Assembly: GCA_034530615.2 (NCBI GenBank)
Contig: JAVRCV020000048.1
Span: 1-64,000, forward strand
Source of the DNA: Aulosira sp. ZfuVER01
Lineage (GTDB): Bacteria > Cyanobacteriota > Cyanobacteriia > Cyanobacteriales > Nostocaceae
Direction: 5' to 3'
DNA length: 64,000 nucleotides
The notes beneath the pieces are model-generated. The model was not told the DNA's origin. It ran no database searches and saw nothing but the letters and a program-made list of their open reading frames with translations. Both the position numbers and the translations under genes were made by a program. Below, one piece after another: positions 21,549 through 32,435 of this stretch. Each line of letters starts with the position of its first letter. Positions within the stretch are counted from its first letter, which is position 1.

Positions 21549-21638
21549 TTGTTCAATGGTTTAGCATCAAGCAAAATAGTTAATACCTTGCCCTTGAACA
21601 CTCTCTAAATTAGAAAATCCGAAGAACGCAGGGCTTCT

Positions 21639-22307
21639 TCAGCATGAAATTTGGCAAGGACGAAAAGACTTGCGATGCAGGGGTGAGGGACCGTATTCTT
21701 GCAGAGCTAGTAAATGCTTTTTGCTACCATAACCCTTGTTACGGGTAAGATCGTACATCGGGTACTTTAATGCTAGGCGCAATACTAGTTCGTCCCGCCA
21801 AACTTTAGCCACAATACTAGCTGAGGCAATGTTAAGCGATCGCTCATCTCCCTTGACTATTGTTTGTTGCGGTAATAACAAGTTTTTTACCAACTGATTA
21901 CCATCAATTAAGCAGAGTGCAGGCTGTACTTTCAGTTTTAGTACAGCCCGCTTCATTGCCAACAGTGTTGCCTGCAAAATATTTAGGCGATCGATTTCAG
22001 CAGTGGACGCGAAGCCAATCTTCCAATCTATTGCTGATGCACAAATTTGTTGTGCTAGTTGCGTTCTGCGAGAACTAGACAGCTTTTTACTATCTTTAAT
22101 TTTAGCTGCTAGCAGTTCTGGCCAAGCACTATCTGGTAGTATGACTGCTGCCGCAACCACAGGGCCAAATAAAGCACCGCGTCCCACTTCATCCACACCT
22201 GCTATCCCAGAAGTACCTGATAAGGCAGACAACTCCAACCAATTAAGTTCGCTTTGGGGTTGATACGACCAAATATCTGCGGCAGTTTGCGCTGTCTCCA
22301 TCATCAT
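21639..22307 (-). CDS. rnhB: Ribonuclease HII
   Basis: AGVDEVGRG, DSKKL, KGD, ASIVAKV and NKGYG motifs; directly downstream of rne. Confidence 0.97.
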   Translation of the reverse strand: MMMETAQTAADIWSYQPQSELNWLELSALSGTSGIAGVDEVGRGALFGPVVAAAVILPDSAWPELLAAKIKDSKKLSSSRRTQLAQQICASAIDWKIGFASTAEIDRLNILQATLLAMKRAVLKLKVQPALCLIDGNQLVKNLLLPQQTIVKGDERSLNIASASIVAKVWRDELVLRLALKYPMYDLTRNKGYGSKKHLLALQEYGPSPLHRKSFRPCQISC

Positions 22308-22312
22308 TAAAG

Positions 22313-24409
22313 TTAACTATCTTCTATGGTGGAGGTACTTCCGTCCACCGCAGAAGAGCGACGACGACGGCGACGGCTGGCCGAAGAAGCGCTATTAGCT
22401 TCACTTTCATCTGCGATCGCGGTGAATTCTGATGGTTCAATTACTGGTTGGGGAGAAGGTTTCTGTTCTAGATCGAGTTGTGGTGTAGGAACTTTGACCA
22501 CACTGACTTCACTGCTGGTTCTTTCGGAGCTACTGGTATCTAAAGCTGGTTCTGTCGGCTGAGTCGGAAGTTGCCCTGGTTGAACAATATTAATAATCAC
22601 AGATTTGGGATTTTTGACTTCCCGCTCTAACTTCACCAAGGGAGAAACTCCCATTAAAGCAAAAACATCTTGCTCTTCTAGCGTCATTTCTACAGTTCTA
22701 ATCTCGGGTGGTTCTACCACGGGTTTGACTAGCTCGGCTTTGGTAACTTTAGTCCGTTCTGCTCTGTCACTCCAAGGTTGTTTGTTCAGACTAGGTGCAG
22801 GAATCTCTGGTGTTGTAGCTAGTTCATTCTCAGCATCAATATCCAAATCTGGCTCAGTACCAAAAGCTAGTGGATTGCTAACAACCCGAGCTTCATCTTT
22901 ACCATTCGGCCCACCAATGCCAATCCGGCTGCGGCGGGTACGGGTACGACGCTTGTCACGATCGCTCAGTTCTTGATAGCTGGGATGATTCATTAGATGC
23001 AAAGCACCTAAGTCAGATTCGGTATCGAATGATTCACCAAATCCATCGTAGGTTTCCCGTGGTTCTGGAGTGCGAGCAACTGGCAGACGTGGTTCTCGTG
23101 ATTCTCTATGAGGCAGAGATACGAAACGCTCAGGAATTTCTGCTGGTGTTGTTGTTGGCAATCTGCTTTCATTTTCTCCAGGCAGACGCACTGTATGCCC
23201 TAAACCACCGCAGGTAGGACAAGTTTCACCAAATAATTCATAAATATTTTGACCTTGACGCTTCCGGGTAAGCTCTACTAAACCCAGTTCGGTGAGTTGG
23301 GCAATTTGCGGACGAGCTTTATCTGCTTTTAGGGCTTTGTTAAAGTGTTCCAGAACTTGCAGTTGATCGCGTCGGGATTCCATATCAATGAAATCTACAA
23401 CAATTACTCCAGCAATATTCCGCAGACGCATCTGACGGGCAATTTCTGTAGCGGCTTCGCAGTTAGTCCACAGCACGGTTTCTCTCGCTGTTGCCGATCG
23501 CGTAAATGAGCCGGAGTTAACATCTATTACTGTTAATGCTTCAGTAGGCTCAATGATAATGTAGCCTCCAGAAGGCAAGTCTACCCTTGGTTTGAGGGCT
23601 TCTCGAATGGCGGCATTGATGCGGAAGTATTCTAATATTGGCGAGCGATCGCGATGATGGTCAATTAACAATCCCTGCGGTGTTTGACCCCCACTCCAGT
23701 TTTGCAAATACTGTTTTACCCGCTTCAAACCAGTACTTGAATCAACCACAATTCGATTCACATCTGCGCCATACATATCTCGCAGGACGCGCTGGATAAA
23801 ATCATCGTCTCGATTAAGCAATGCTGGCGCACGGGTGGAATGAGCTTCTTGTTGAATAGCTTCCCATTGCCTTTGCAATAGTTCTAAATCTTCAATAATT
23901 GCTTCTTCTGGCTTACCTTCTGCTTCTGTACGTACCAGTAAACCCATCCCTGCTGGTTTGATTAAAATTGCCAGTGCGCGCAGGCGGTTACGTTCACTTT
24001 CACTCTTAATCCGCCGAGACAAATTCACACCTCTGCCATAGGGCATGAGTACTACATAACGTCCTGGCATGGTGATATTACCTGTAAGCCTCGGGCCTTT
24101 TGTCCCCGTTGGCTCTTTCATCACCTGCACCAACACTTTTTGCTGTGGTGCTAATAATTCTGTAATTGCTGCTGCTGTACGTTTTAGCTTTAATGGGCCC
24201 AAGTCAGTTACATGAATAAAACCGTTACGCTCTGGGTCGCCAATATTCACAAAAGCTGCATCGATACCAGGTAAGACGTTTTCTACTACTCCTAAGTAGA
24301 TATCACCGATTTGGTGATGACCTGTAGCTACAACAAGTTCTTGTATTTGATCTTCCGAAAAGACTGCAGCAATTTGATGCTGCTCCGCGATGATAATTTG
24401 CTTTGGCAT
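22313..24409 (-). CDS. rne: Ribonuclease E
   Basis: S1 domain, VIDVNSG and DFIDM catalytic motifs, CPTCGG zinc link, and disordered C-terminus with RRRRRRSSA. Confidence 0.97.
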   Translation of the reverse strand: MPKQIIIAEQHQIAAVFSEDQIQELVVATGHHQIGDIYLGVVENVLPGIDAAFVNIGDPERNGFIHVTDLGPLKLKRTAAAITELLAPQQKVLVQVMKEPTGTKGPRLTGNITMPGRYVVLMPYGRGVNLSRRIKSESERNRLRALAILIKPAGMGLLVRTEAEGKPEEAIIEDLELLQRQWEAIQQEAHSTRAPALLNRDDDFIQRVLRDMYGADVNRIVVDSSTGLKRVKQYLQNWSGGQTPQGLLIDHHRDRSPILEYFRINAAIREALKPRVDLPSGGYIIIEPTEALTVIDVNSGSFTRSATARETVLWTNCEAATEIARQMRLRNIAGVIVVDFIDMESRRDQLQVLEHFNKALKADKARPQIAQLTELGLVELTRKRQGQNIYELFGETCPTCGGLGHTVRLPGENESRLPTTTPAEIPERFVSLPHRESREPRLPVARTPEPRETYDGFGESFDTESDLGALHLMNHPSYQELSDRDKRRTRTRRSRIGIGGPNGKDEARVVSNPLAFGTEPDLDIDAENELATTPEIPAPSLNKQPWSDRAERTKVTKAELVKPVVEPPEIRTVEMTLEEQDVFALMGVSPLVKLEREVKNPKSVIINIVQPGQLPTQPTEPALDTSSSERTSSEVSVVKVPTPQLDLEQKPSPQPVIEPSEFTAIADESEANSASSASRRRRRRSSAVDGSTSTIEDS

Positions 24410-24959
24410 TCAATTTCCTCAAAAATTGGCAGCACTGACTGGTAAAGGAGGTTTGTGATGCCTCTCGCCCCTGTAATCCTTAAAAGGTGGTGCTGGTAAT
24501 AAAAATTGTGAATCTAAGCTCGGAGTTAAAGAGCTATTGATATTGTGATTGCGTTTACACGCGCGATTATTCCAAAAAGGCTGCATATGTTTAAGCAATT
24601 GCATCAACCATCTGTGGTTGATTTTTGATGCTATACCCTCACCATTTAGGTATTAGGTATCCAGCAGTTGTTTTAAAAGCATAGAGGAAGAGTTGCCGAC
24701 GAGCTTGTTATTAATTACTAATTCACTAAGTAGCTACAGAGAGAGTGTGTTCTTTAACCTGCCTCAGTTTTTCCGGGATAAAATCCTAGAAGTTGCACTC
24801 TAATATCTTTGCCTTTGACCCCTAACAGGGTAGTGAACCAGCAGATTCAATGCAGCGCCAGAAAATTTCTCTTCATCTCATTCTAACGCAACCTTGCCAA
24901 AAATCAATTCCCACGATGTACCATATTAGGGCAACTACTAGCAAGCTACCCTTGACGGA

Positions 24960-27611
24960 TTATATACCCAAAACTAGCCGATCGCGCTGGATATGCAACA
25001 AAATAAATTCTGTGCCAGCCACTATTTCTAGCATAAACAGAATTTGTTCGGGACGCAACAATACGCCATCAGGACGACAGCTACCCACATAACGCAGGAT
25101 AGCTGTAGACTCAGCTTGGGCATTGTTAGTTGTGACTAATTCAAGTTCAAACAAGCGATCGCGCAGATTTACTAACTGACGCTTACCGGACTTGGTGATT
25201 TGCTCCCAAACAATTTCATCTTTGGCTTGAATTTGCTCGATCCAGTTTTGCCATTGTGCAGGTGTTGCTGCTTCAGTTGCTGAGACAGTAAGTAAATACT
25301 CTGCTGCGACAATCGCCTGGCTGGCTGCGGGAGCTTTTAAATCCAACTGCACTACATCATATATAGGGATGTCTGTGGGTAAATCTCGAGCTAGATGTTC
25401 TCGGAAAGTATCCAAGTCCACGACCTGAGTTAACTCAAAATCAACAATTTCACCCTTGCTAGTAGCACCCAAAGCCAAGGCATTAGCTACGGAAATCCGG
25501 GGACTTGGATGAAAACCCCCAGTAAAAGCAACTGGCAAACCTGCTCGCCGTACCACTCGGTCAAATAAGCGCAGTAAATCTAAGTGGCTGACTAAAGCCA
25601 TGTCTCCCTGCTTCCCAAACCAGACACGCAAGCGTTGCACTTTGGTAATGGGTACAAACTCACCTGCAAATTCCGGTATAGGCGGTGGCTCAATGACAAT
25701 ATTGTGACCGAAATCAGTCCCACAAACACCGCAATGAGAACAACCCTCAAAGGAACAGTCTGGTACTATTGCGGCTTCTAAAGCACGTTGTAAATCTTCT
25801 TGGAGCCACTGTTTGTCAATTCCCGTATCAATGTGATCCCAAGGCAAGGGAGCATCGAAGGAGTAGGGTAAGCCAGATGAGGAGGATACTACTTCCCCGT
25901 CTCTCTTATCTTCTCCTAGTTCGCTGCTCTGCTCCTTCGCTGTATGAAATAAATTCCATTCACCTTTTTCCACTTGACGGTATTTCCAGTCCAAACCTGC
26001 TTCGGCGATCGCGTCCCCCCAAGCTGCAAATGCTTTATCTACATTGTCATACCAAGAATCCATCCCTGCACCCAATTCCCAAGCACGACGGACTACTTTC
26101 CCTAAAGAGCGATCGCCTCTGCCAATAAAGTCTTCCATTGCCGAAATGCGGATATCAGTAAAATTTAGTTTTACTCCCCTGATCCGGCGGAATTCTTGCC
26201 GCAATAAGTTTTGTTTCCGTTTAAATTCAGCTGTAGAAACTGAGTGCCATTGAAAGGGTGTATGGGGCTTAGGAGTAAAATTAGACATCGTCAAATTAAA
26301 GTTTAGCGGTCTTCTGTCTTGTCCCCGGCACTCCCGCTGTAACCAACTTACCGTTTCTGCAATGCCCACAACATCGGCATCAGTTTCACCAGGTAAGCCA
26401 ATCATAAAATACAACTTGATTTTATCCCAACCTTGCTCCCAGGCTGTTTTTACACCCCTTAACAGTTCTTCATTGGTTAGTCCCTTATTGACAATATCCC
26501 GCATTCGCTGAGTTCCAGCTTCTGGGGCAAAAGTTAGCCCTCCTTGCCTTGTACCGCCAAGAATGTTGGCAATATTCTCATCAAATCTGTCTACCCGTTG
26601 ACTAGGGAGCGACAAGGTAATATTTTCATTTTTTAAACGATTTTTAATTTCCATCCCAACTGCGGGGAGGGATAAATAATCAGAACAACTTAGAGACAGC
26701 AAGGAAAACTCACTGTAACCCGTCGCCCGCATTCCGGCTTCAATTGCTTCTACTACCTTTTCTGGTGCTACATCCCTTGCTGGTCGAGTGAGCATTCCTG
26801 GTTGGCAAAAGCGACAACCACGAGTGCAACCACGGCGAATTTCAATTGTTAGGCGATCGTGTACTGTCTCTACATAGGGAACTAACCCTATGGAATAGGC
26901 TGGTATGGGTGTAGCAACTCGCCGCAGAATTCGTTTCGGTACATCTGGAACTAAAGGATGAACTGAACCATCCTCTGCCATGCCATAAAACTGGGGAACA
27001 TATACCCCTGGTATTTGTGCCAAGTCCAGCAGCAATTCCTTCCGGCTCAATCCTGCTTGCTTTCCTTCTTCCAAAACCATACCAATCTCTGGTAATAGTT
27101 CTTCGCCATCTCCTAGGGCGATAAAGTCGAAGAAGTCGGTGTAAGGTTCAGGATTTGATGTTGCCGTCTGTCCTCCAGCAAAAATCAAGGGGTAATTCCC
27201 TACTGTCCGTTCTTGCCATGTTAAAGGTATGCCTGCCAAATCCAACATTTCTAGGATATTAGTTGCTCCCAGTTCATAACTGAGACTAAAACCTAAAATG
27301 TCGAATTCTGTTAGCCAGCGCTTAGACTCAACAGCAAACAACGGTGTATTTGTTTTACGTAGTTTCGCTGACAGGTCTTGACCTGGTAGGTAAGCGCGAT
27401 CGCATAACTGCCGCGGCTGGGCGTTTAAGATGTTATAGAGAATGATATGCCCTAGGTTGGACGAGCCAACTTCATATACTTCTGGATAGGTTAATACCCA
27501 GCGTATTGTTGCCGTTTCCCAAGGTTTGTGTACTGATAAGCGCTCATTACCTAGGTAACGCGCTGGCTTTAAAATATCCGGTGTGATTAATTTTTCAACT
27601 GCAACAGCCAC
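24960..27611 (-). CDS. TIGR03960-type B12-binding radical SAM protein fused to a TIGR03936/DUF2344-type domain
   Basis: CTRGCRFC, TFAPEAG and C-terminal SHLD...GFHPSPR motifs; located upstream of rne. Confidence 0.9.
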   Translation of the reverse strand: MAVAVEKLITPDILKPARYLGNERLSVHKPWETATIRWVLTYPEVYEVGSSNLGHIILYNILNAQPRQLCDRAYLPGQDLSAKLRKTNTPLFAVESKRWLTEFDILGFSLSYELGATNILEMLDLAGIPLTWQERTVGNYPLIFAGGQTATSNPEPYTDFFDFIALGDGEELLPEIGMVLEEGKQAGLSRKELLLDLAQIPGVYVPQFYGMAEDGSVHPLVPDVPKRILRRVATPIPAYSIGLVPYVETVHDRLTIEIRRGCTRGCRFCQPGMLTRPARDVAPEKVVEAIEAGMRATGYSEFSLLSLSCSDYLSLPAVGMEIKNRLKNENITLSLPSQRVDRFDENIANILGGTRQGGLTFAPEAGTQRMRDIVNKGLTNEELLRGVKTAWEQGWDKIKLYFMIGLPGETDADVVGIAETVSWLQRECRGQDRRPLNFNLTMSNFTPKPHTPFQWHSVSTAEFKRKQNLLRQEFRRIRGVKLNFTDIRISAMEDFIGRGDRSLGKVVRRAWELGAGMDSWYDNVDKAFAAWGDAIAEAGLDWKYRQVEKGEWNLFHTAKEQSSELGEDKRDGEVVSSSSGLPYSFDAPLPWDHIDTGIDKQWLQEDLQRALEAAIVPDCSFEGCSHCGVCGTDFGHNIVIEPPPIPEFAGEFVPITKVQRLRVWFGKQGDMALVSHLDLLRLFDRVVRRAGLPVAFTGGFHPSPRISVANALALGATSKGEIVDFELTQVVDLDTFREHLARDLPTDIPIYDVVQLDLKAPAASQAIVAAEYLLTVSATEAATPAQWQNWIEQIQAKDEIVWEQITKSGKRQLVNLRDRLFELELVTTNNAQAESTAILRYVGSCRPDGVLLRPEQILFMLEIVAGTEFILLHIQRDRLVLGI

Positions 27612-27783
27612 TGTGCTATCTTCTAGCTCACTTAATTACAGCTACTCACCTCCAACCATAGCATTGATTAGGTTGTTATACAGAATTGTTTGCGGCAACT
27701 TACAATTCTGTTACATAATTTCTCCTCTACTAGATAGCAGCATTCCTCGCCTGCATTAGTTTATGCTGCTATTACCAATTACC

Positions 27784-28086
27784 TCAAACAATCTCAAATA
27801 CCTGATCGAGTTGTGTCAATTCAAAAATAATTCTAATAGAGGCAGAAACGGAACACAGCTGTAAACTTCGTCCTAAACTCCCAGCTAGCTTGAGTGCAGA
27901 TACTAATGCCATCAAACCTGCACTGTCTAAAGATTCCACTGCTGCTAAATCCACCAACAAGATGGAGGTATCATCTTGTGCCAACGCTGTAGTTAGATCC
28001 CGTTCAAGTTCTAAAGCGTTGGTGGCATTTAAGCAACCTTGGGGACGAATAACTGTAATTTGTGGACATTTAAGTACCGCTTGCAT
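27784..28086 (-). CDS. STAS-domain anti-sigma factor antagonist
   Basis: VDLAAVESLDSAGL phosphorylatable Ser motif and FELTQLD. Confidence 0.92.
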   Translation of the reverse strand: MQAVLKCPQITVIRPQGCLNATNALELERDLTTALAQDDTSILLVDLAAVESLDSAGLMALVSALKLAGSLGRSLQLCSVSASIRIIFELTQLDQVFEIV

Positions 28087-28459
28087 AAAGAAATCCTAAT
28101 TAAAGTTATTGAACCGTAAAGCTTAGATTTATTTGAACATAAACTTTTTTTTATAACATCGACCATTTGTCTTAGGTTTCTTTGCTGAATCTTTATTGCT
28201 TTAGTACCTCTGTTTAAAGATTGTCATAAATACTGTGGAAATTGTATGTAAATATACTTTTTTTTCCGGGCAGTTAAAAAACAATCAACATAGCAAGCCA
28301 AAGAGCAAGATCAACATCCGTAGCTATGCGGAGATAGCTACCTTGTCCAAAGTTCAGTCTGATTTAAACTAAGGTTAGCTATTAAGTAAAATTCTCTAGA
28401 TTCTATCCTTGACAGCGGCAAATGTTGAGTTTGATAGAGAATAACCTGTTTACAAGCAT

Positions 28460-28475
28460 TGTGATCCAGATCACA
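28460..28475. promoter_or_regulatory. CRP-family binding site
   Basis: TGTGA-TCCAGA-TCACA, a perfect TGTGA-N6-TCACA match, 81 nt upstream of the 65-aa ORF. Confidence 0.6.
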
Positions 28476-28556
28476 GGCATATAAGTGTTCAGATCACTTT
28501 TTATACCAAACCATATCTTGGATAATTAACAGCAAATACAAATTGGCTGATCTTTT

Positions 28557-28754
28557 ATGAGAACTAGGCACGTTATTCGTCAATTGGTAGAAAAGGCGCT
28601 TGATATTAAAAAATTAACTCCTGAAATTGAAAATGAAATCAATTCAGAATTGACACAAATGGGTTACATATCTGATGTTGATTACGAAGCTCTGGAATTA
28701 TTAATGGCAGAGATGGATGCTGGCCGGATTAAGTTAGTTCCGAGCTTAGGATAG
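28557..28754 (+). CDS. Small hypothetical protein (65 aa)
   Basis: Acidic helical ORF (IRQLVEKAL...DYEALELLM) with protein-like composition; divergent from the STAS gene. Confidence 0.8.
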   Translation: MRTRHVIRQLVEKALDIKKLTPEIENEINSELTQMGYISDVDYEALELLMAEMDAGRIKLVPSLG

Positions 28755-28962
28755 TAATCAACTATCGCTGAAAATAGCAATTGTTCTCTCTATCTAGAGT
28801 TATAAAAATTAAGAATTATTAACATAATTTTGGCAAGACCAAAGCACTGATAACTAGGTTGATGCCATTGTGGGTATTTTTCTGCAAGTTGAATATTTGG
28901 TTCCCTCCTCTGGCGTAAACTGTGCTAATGAGCATCAACATTTGCATTAGTAACAAGTCGCC

Positions 28963-30135
28963 ATGCAGTTCGCTAAACGCCTAGAAAAAATTCCTCCCTA
29001 TCTGTTCGCTGAAATTAACCGCAAAGGGAATGAACTTGTAGCCAAGGGAGTTGATATTATCAATTTGGCGGTGGGCGATCCAGATAAACCGACTCCAACT
29101 CATATACTCCAGGTAATGCATGAGGCGATAAATGACGCCTCCACCCACAACTATCCACCTTATCAAGGTACTCAAGAATTCCGAGAAGCAGCAGCTAAGT
29201 GGATGGAACGGCGGTTTGGAGTAGCTCAGTTGAATCCGAATACAGAGGTTGTTTCTTCTATTGGTTCAAAGGAAGCGATTCACAATACCTTTTTAGCCTT
29301 TGTGGAGGCGGGAGATTACACCCTGATACCAGATCCGGGTTATCCTGTTTACCGGACTTCGACGATATTCGCTGGTGGTGAGCCGTTTACAATGCCTCTG
29401 AAGCCAGAAAATCAATTTTTACCTGACCTGAATGCGATTCCTGATGAAGTTGCTCGCAAAGCAAAACTGTTGTGGATTAACTATCCTAATAACCCTACAG
29501 GGGCACTGGCAACACTAGAATTTTTTGAGGAATTGGTAGCTTTCTGCAAGCAGTACGATATTTTGCTGTGTCACGATCATGCTTACTCAGAAATGGCATA
29601 CGACGGCTATAAACCGCCCAGTGTGCTACAGGTTCCAGGCGCAAAGGATGTGGCGATTGAGTTTCACAGTCTGTCAAAGTCTTACAATATGACAGGTTGG
29701 CGGATTGGTTTTGTAGTCGGAAATGCCATCGGTATTAAAGGCTTGACACAGGTCAAAAGTAACGTTGATTCTGGAGTATTTAAGGCAATTCAAGCTTGTG
29801 CGATCGCAGCTTATTCTACCAATGATGAAGAACTTCAATCTGTCATTTCTGTGTACCAAAATCGTCGAGACATAATTGTCAAAGGACTGCAATCTCAGGG
29901 TTGGCCAATTCAGCCACCGCAAGCGACTCTTTACGTCTGGGTACCTGTTCCCCCAGGATATACTTCTGCTGATTTTGTCACCTTACTACTTGACAAATGT
30001 GGTATTCTTGTTCCTCCAGGCAACGGTTATGGTGCTGCTGGAGAAGGCTTTTTTCGGATTGCCCTAACTTTACCCGATGAGCGAATGCACGAAGCAATTC
30101 AACGCCTGAAGGATGCCAATATTCGTTACTCATAA
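28963..30135 (+). CDS. dapL: LL-diaminopimelate aminotransferase-like class I/II PLP aminotransferase
   Basis: IPPYLFAEI, GSKE, NYPNNPTG, DHAY and SLSKSYNMTGWRIG motifs. The substrate assignment is inferred. Confidence 0.8.
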   Translation: MQFAKRLEKIPPYLFAEINRKGNELVAKGVDIINLAVGDPDKPTPTHILQVMHEAINDASTHNYPPYQGTQEFREAAAKWMERRFGVAQLNPNTEVVSSIGSKEAIHNTFLAFVEAGDYTLIPDPGYPVYRTSTIFAGGEPFTMPLKPENQFLPDLNAIPDEVARKAKLLWINYPNNPTGALATLEFFEELVAFCKQYDILLCHDHAYSEMAYDGYKPPSVLQVPGAKDVAIEFHSLSKSYNMTGWRIGFVVGNAIGIKGLTQVKSNVDSGVFKAIQACAIAAYSTNDEELQSVISVYQNRRDIIVKGLQSQGWPIQPPQATLYVWVPVPPGYTSADFVTLLLDKCGILVPPGNGYGAAGEGFFRIALTLPDERMHEAIQRLKDANIRYS

Positions 30136-30265
30136 TGAAGGGATGGGGCAGTGGGCATTGGAAACAATTTTGAATTTTTGAATCTGGGATTTTGGATTGG
30201 ATTTCAATCTAAAATCTAAAATTTTTTATCCCTCTGCTTCTCTGCTCTCTTATCGTCCTTATATC

Positions 30266-30634
30266 CTAGCTTTTACTCCCTAATTCTTCTTGATAAACCT
30301 GCCAGACCAAGTTGATAAACTGATGGAGTTGCTGTTTAGCAGCTAAGTCTGGTTCGGTTTTGGGTTCTTTGACCAAAACTTGACTCAATATCGTTATGAC
30401 TTCAGTATCTAGGGCTGGGCGAAATAAATTTACAGGCCATAATAAATCAGACGCATCTCGTAAGTCAGTTATCTGGGGCGGCTCCGGGATGAAATTGACT
30501 AGCACTATAGGACGTACCCAGCACAATTGGCGAGAGATGACGACTTGGATGACTTCTGCATAAAGATTTATGTCGCCATGCTTTAAAGACACAATTTGTC
30601 CTGATTGAAAGTCTAGGCTCATGTCCATAATCAC
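30266..30634 (-). CDS. Hypothetical protein
   Basis: 122-aa ORF (LYAEVIQ...CWVRP...DLLWP..LFRPALDTEV) of a type recalled from cyanobacteria. Confidence 0.8.
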   Translation of the reverse strand: MIMDMSLDFQSGQIVSLKHGDINLYAEVIQVVISRQLCWVRPIVLVNFIPEPPQITDLRDASDLLWPVNLFRPALDTEVITILSQVLVKEPKTEPDLAAKQQLHQFINLVWQVYQEELGSKS

Positions 30635-30927
30635 GCAGCTTGTGTCAGAAAGAATAATATTGTATTTACATACTGAATTTTAAAACTGAGGTGGGCTACT
30701 CTGAGGAGAAACAGCAGTAACATTAGGGTAGCACTTTTGCACCTCTTATTTTTTAAACATACATTTCTTGGCATCTACTTCCTAGTATCGCCATCAAACC
30801 CAGTCAGCAAAAATTTTTCCTGCCAGGGCATCTGTATGTAAATGCTATAGAATAGGTAAATAACTGTTAAGCGATCGCTTGACAGCTATTTTGTTGTAGT
30901 AAATCAACGAAAAAAGAGCAAAGAGCA

Positions 30928-31209
30928 GTGTCAGTCGAAACCATTGAGAAGCGTTCCACATCCCGCAAGCTCGCGCCTCGGTATCGCGTTTTGCTCCATA
31001 ATGACGACTACAACTCTATGGAGTACGTGGTACAGGTACTAATGACCACCGTGCCGAGCCTTACCCAGCCCCAGGCTGTTTCCATTATGATGGAAGCCCA
31101 TACTAACGGGCTAGCTTTAGTTATTACCTGCGCTCAGGAACACGCCGAATTCTACTGTGAAACTTTGAAAAGTCATGGTTTGAGTAGCACGATTGAACCT
31201 GATGAATAA
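30928..31209 (+). CDS. clpS: ATP-dependent Clp protease adaptor ClpS
   Basis: YRVLLHNDDYNSMEYVV and IMMEAH motifs; GTG start. Confidence 0.96.
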   Translation: MSVETIEKRSTSRKLAPRYRVLLHNDDYNSMEYVVQVLMTTVPSLTQPQAVSIMMEAHTNGLALVITCAQEHAEFYCETLKSHGLSSTIEPDE

Positions 31210-31273
31210 GTTTGCGTCACAAGTTATAAGTCTACATCTAGAATGTTGAGTTATAACTGCTGACTTATTTGGC

Positions 31274-32098
31274 ATGAAAATTAACCTTGTCCATCTAGCT
31301 CAACACCCTGCCCCTATTAGGCTGGGTTGTTTTATTTTGATTTTATTATTGCTATGGCTGCCTTTTGCTATACCAATTTACTCACTAATAGATGATTCTA
31401 ACCTAGTAAGTATCGTAACAATGGTAGTGCTATATGTAGAGTTTATTTTTTTACTGAAGTTATGGGGTAAATACGTTTATCAAGAAACTCACATCCTGCG
31501 GCATTATGGCTTAGAAATTTCAAGGCTAAACGGAGTAGATTTACTGCGTGGCCTGGCTATTGGGCTAATTAGCGTATTAATGTTATTTGGATTGCAAGGT
31601 TCTTTAGGTTTGCTAGTTTGGCAACATCCTAATGGTTTGTTGCTTAAAGTAGTTTTAGAAGGTTTAATTGTAGGTTCAGGTGTAGGATTTGCTGAAGAAT
31701 TGTTATTCCGAGGTTGGTTGTTGGATGAATTGCACCGAAATTACAGTCCACGTGTTTCTTTATGGATAGATGCGATTTTATTTGCTGCGTTGCACTTTAT
31801 TAAACCACTAGAGGCAATTATTCATACACTGCCGCAATTTCCAGCTTTAGTACTTTTGGGCTTAACGCAGGTATGGGGAAAACGCTGGCGTAGAGGAAGG
31901 CTTGGCTTACCAATTGGTTTGCACGGTGGTCTAGTTTGGGGCTATTACATTATTAATATTGGTCAATTAATTAAATATTCTGGTCAAGTTCCTGATTGGG
32001 TGACGGGGGTGAATAATAATCCCTTACAAAGTGTGATGGGGGTTTTATTTATGAGTATATTGGCTTGGTGGATGTGGGGGAGGAAAGTTAAGAGTTAA
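31274..32098 (+). CDS. CPBP-family (Abi/CAAX) intramembrane metalloprotease
   Basis: EELLFRG, FAALH and IGLHG motifs; multiple transmembrane segments. Confidence 0.92.
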   Translation: MKINLVHLAQHPAPIRLGCFILILLLLWLPFAIPIYSLIDDSNLVSIVTMVVLYVEFIFLLKLWGKYVYQETHILRHYGLEISRLNGVDLLRGLAIGLISVLMLFGLQGSLGLLVWQHPNGLLLKVVLEGLIVGSGVGFAEELLFRGWLLDELHRNYSPRVSLWIDAILFAALHFIKPLEAIIHTLPQFPALVLLGLTQVWGKRWRRGRLGLPIGLHGGLVWGYYIINIGQLIKYSGQVPDWVTGVNNNPLQSVMGVLFMSILAWWMWGRKVKS

Positions 32099-32207
32099 GG
32101 TATATAAAGAGGCACAGGCGATTTTTTCAATTTGCACAAAATGTGTTTGATATTAAAACATTTGTAGCTGTGATGTTGTTAGTAAAGATTGCCAAGGAGA
32201 ACAAACA

Positions 32208-32435
32208 ATGATAGAACCAGTCATTTTACAAAAATTAGAAGAACTCCCTGAGTCTCTTCAGACAGAAGTGCTTCATTACATTGAGTTTTTGATAGAGAAG
32301 CACGCTAAAAAATCTACCCAAGAAAAGCCGAAAAAAAAACTTCGTGTTGCAGGCACGATGAAAGAAATGTTTGTTCTGCCACTACCTAATGACTTTGATG
32401 AGCCGCTTGAGGATATGAAAGAATATATGGAATGA
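32208..32435 (+). CDS. DUF2281-type antitoxin
   Basis: LEELPESLQTEVLHYIEFL N-terminus and DFDEPLEDMKEYM C-terminus; ATGA overlap with the PIN gene; AAGGAG Shine-Dalgarno. Confidence 0.88.
   Translation: MIEPVILQKLEELPESLQTEVLHYIEFLIEKHAKKSTQEKPKKKLRVAGTMKEMFVLPLPNDFDEPLEDMKEYME

Noticed and set aside
22313..22400. Poly-Arg tail of RNase E
   Set aside because: This is the known cyanobacterial PNPase-binding motif.
24410..24959. Long rne leader with short ORFs
   Set aside because: Long 5' leaders are known for cyanobacterial rne, and the ORFs have no supporting motifs.
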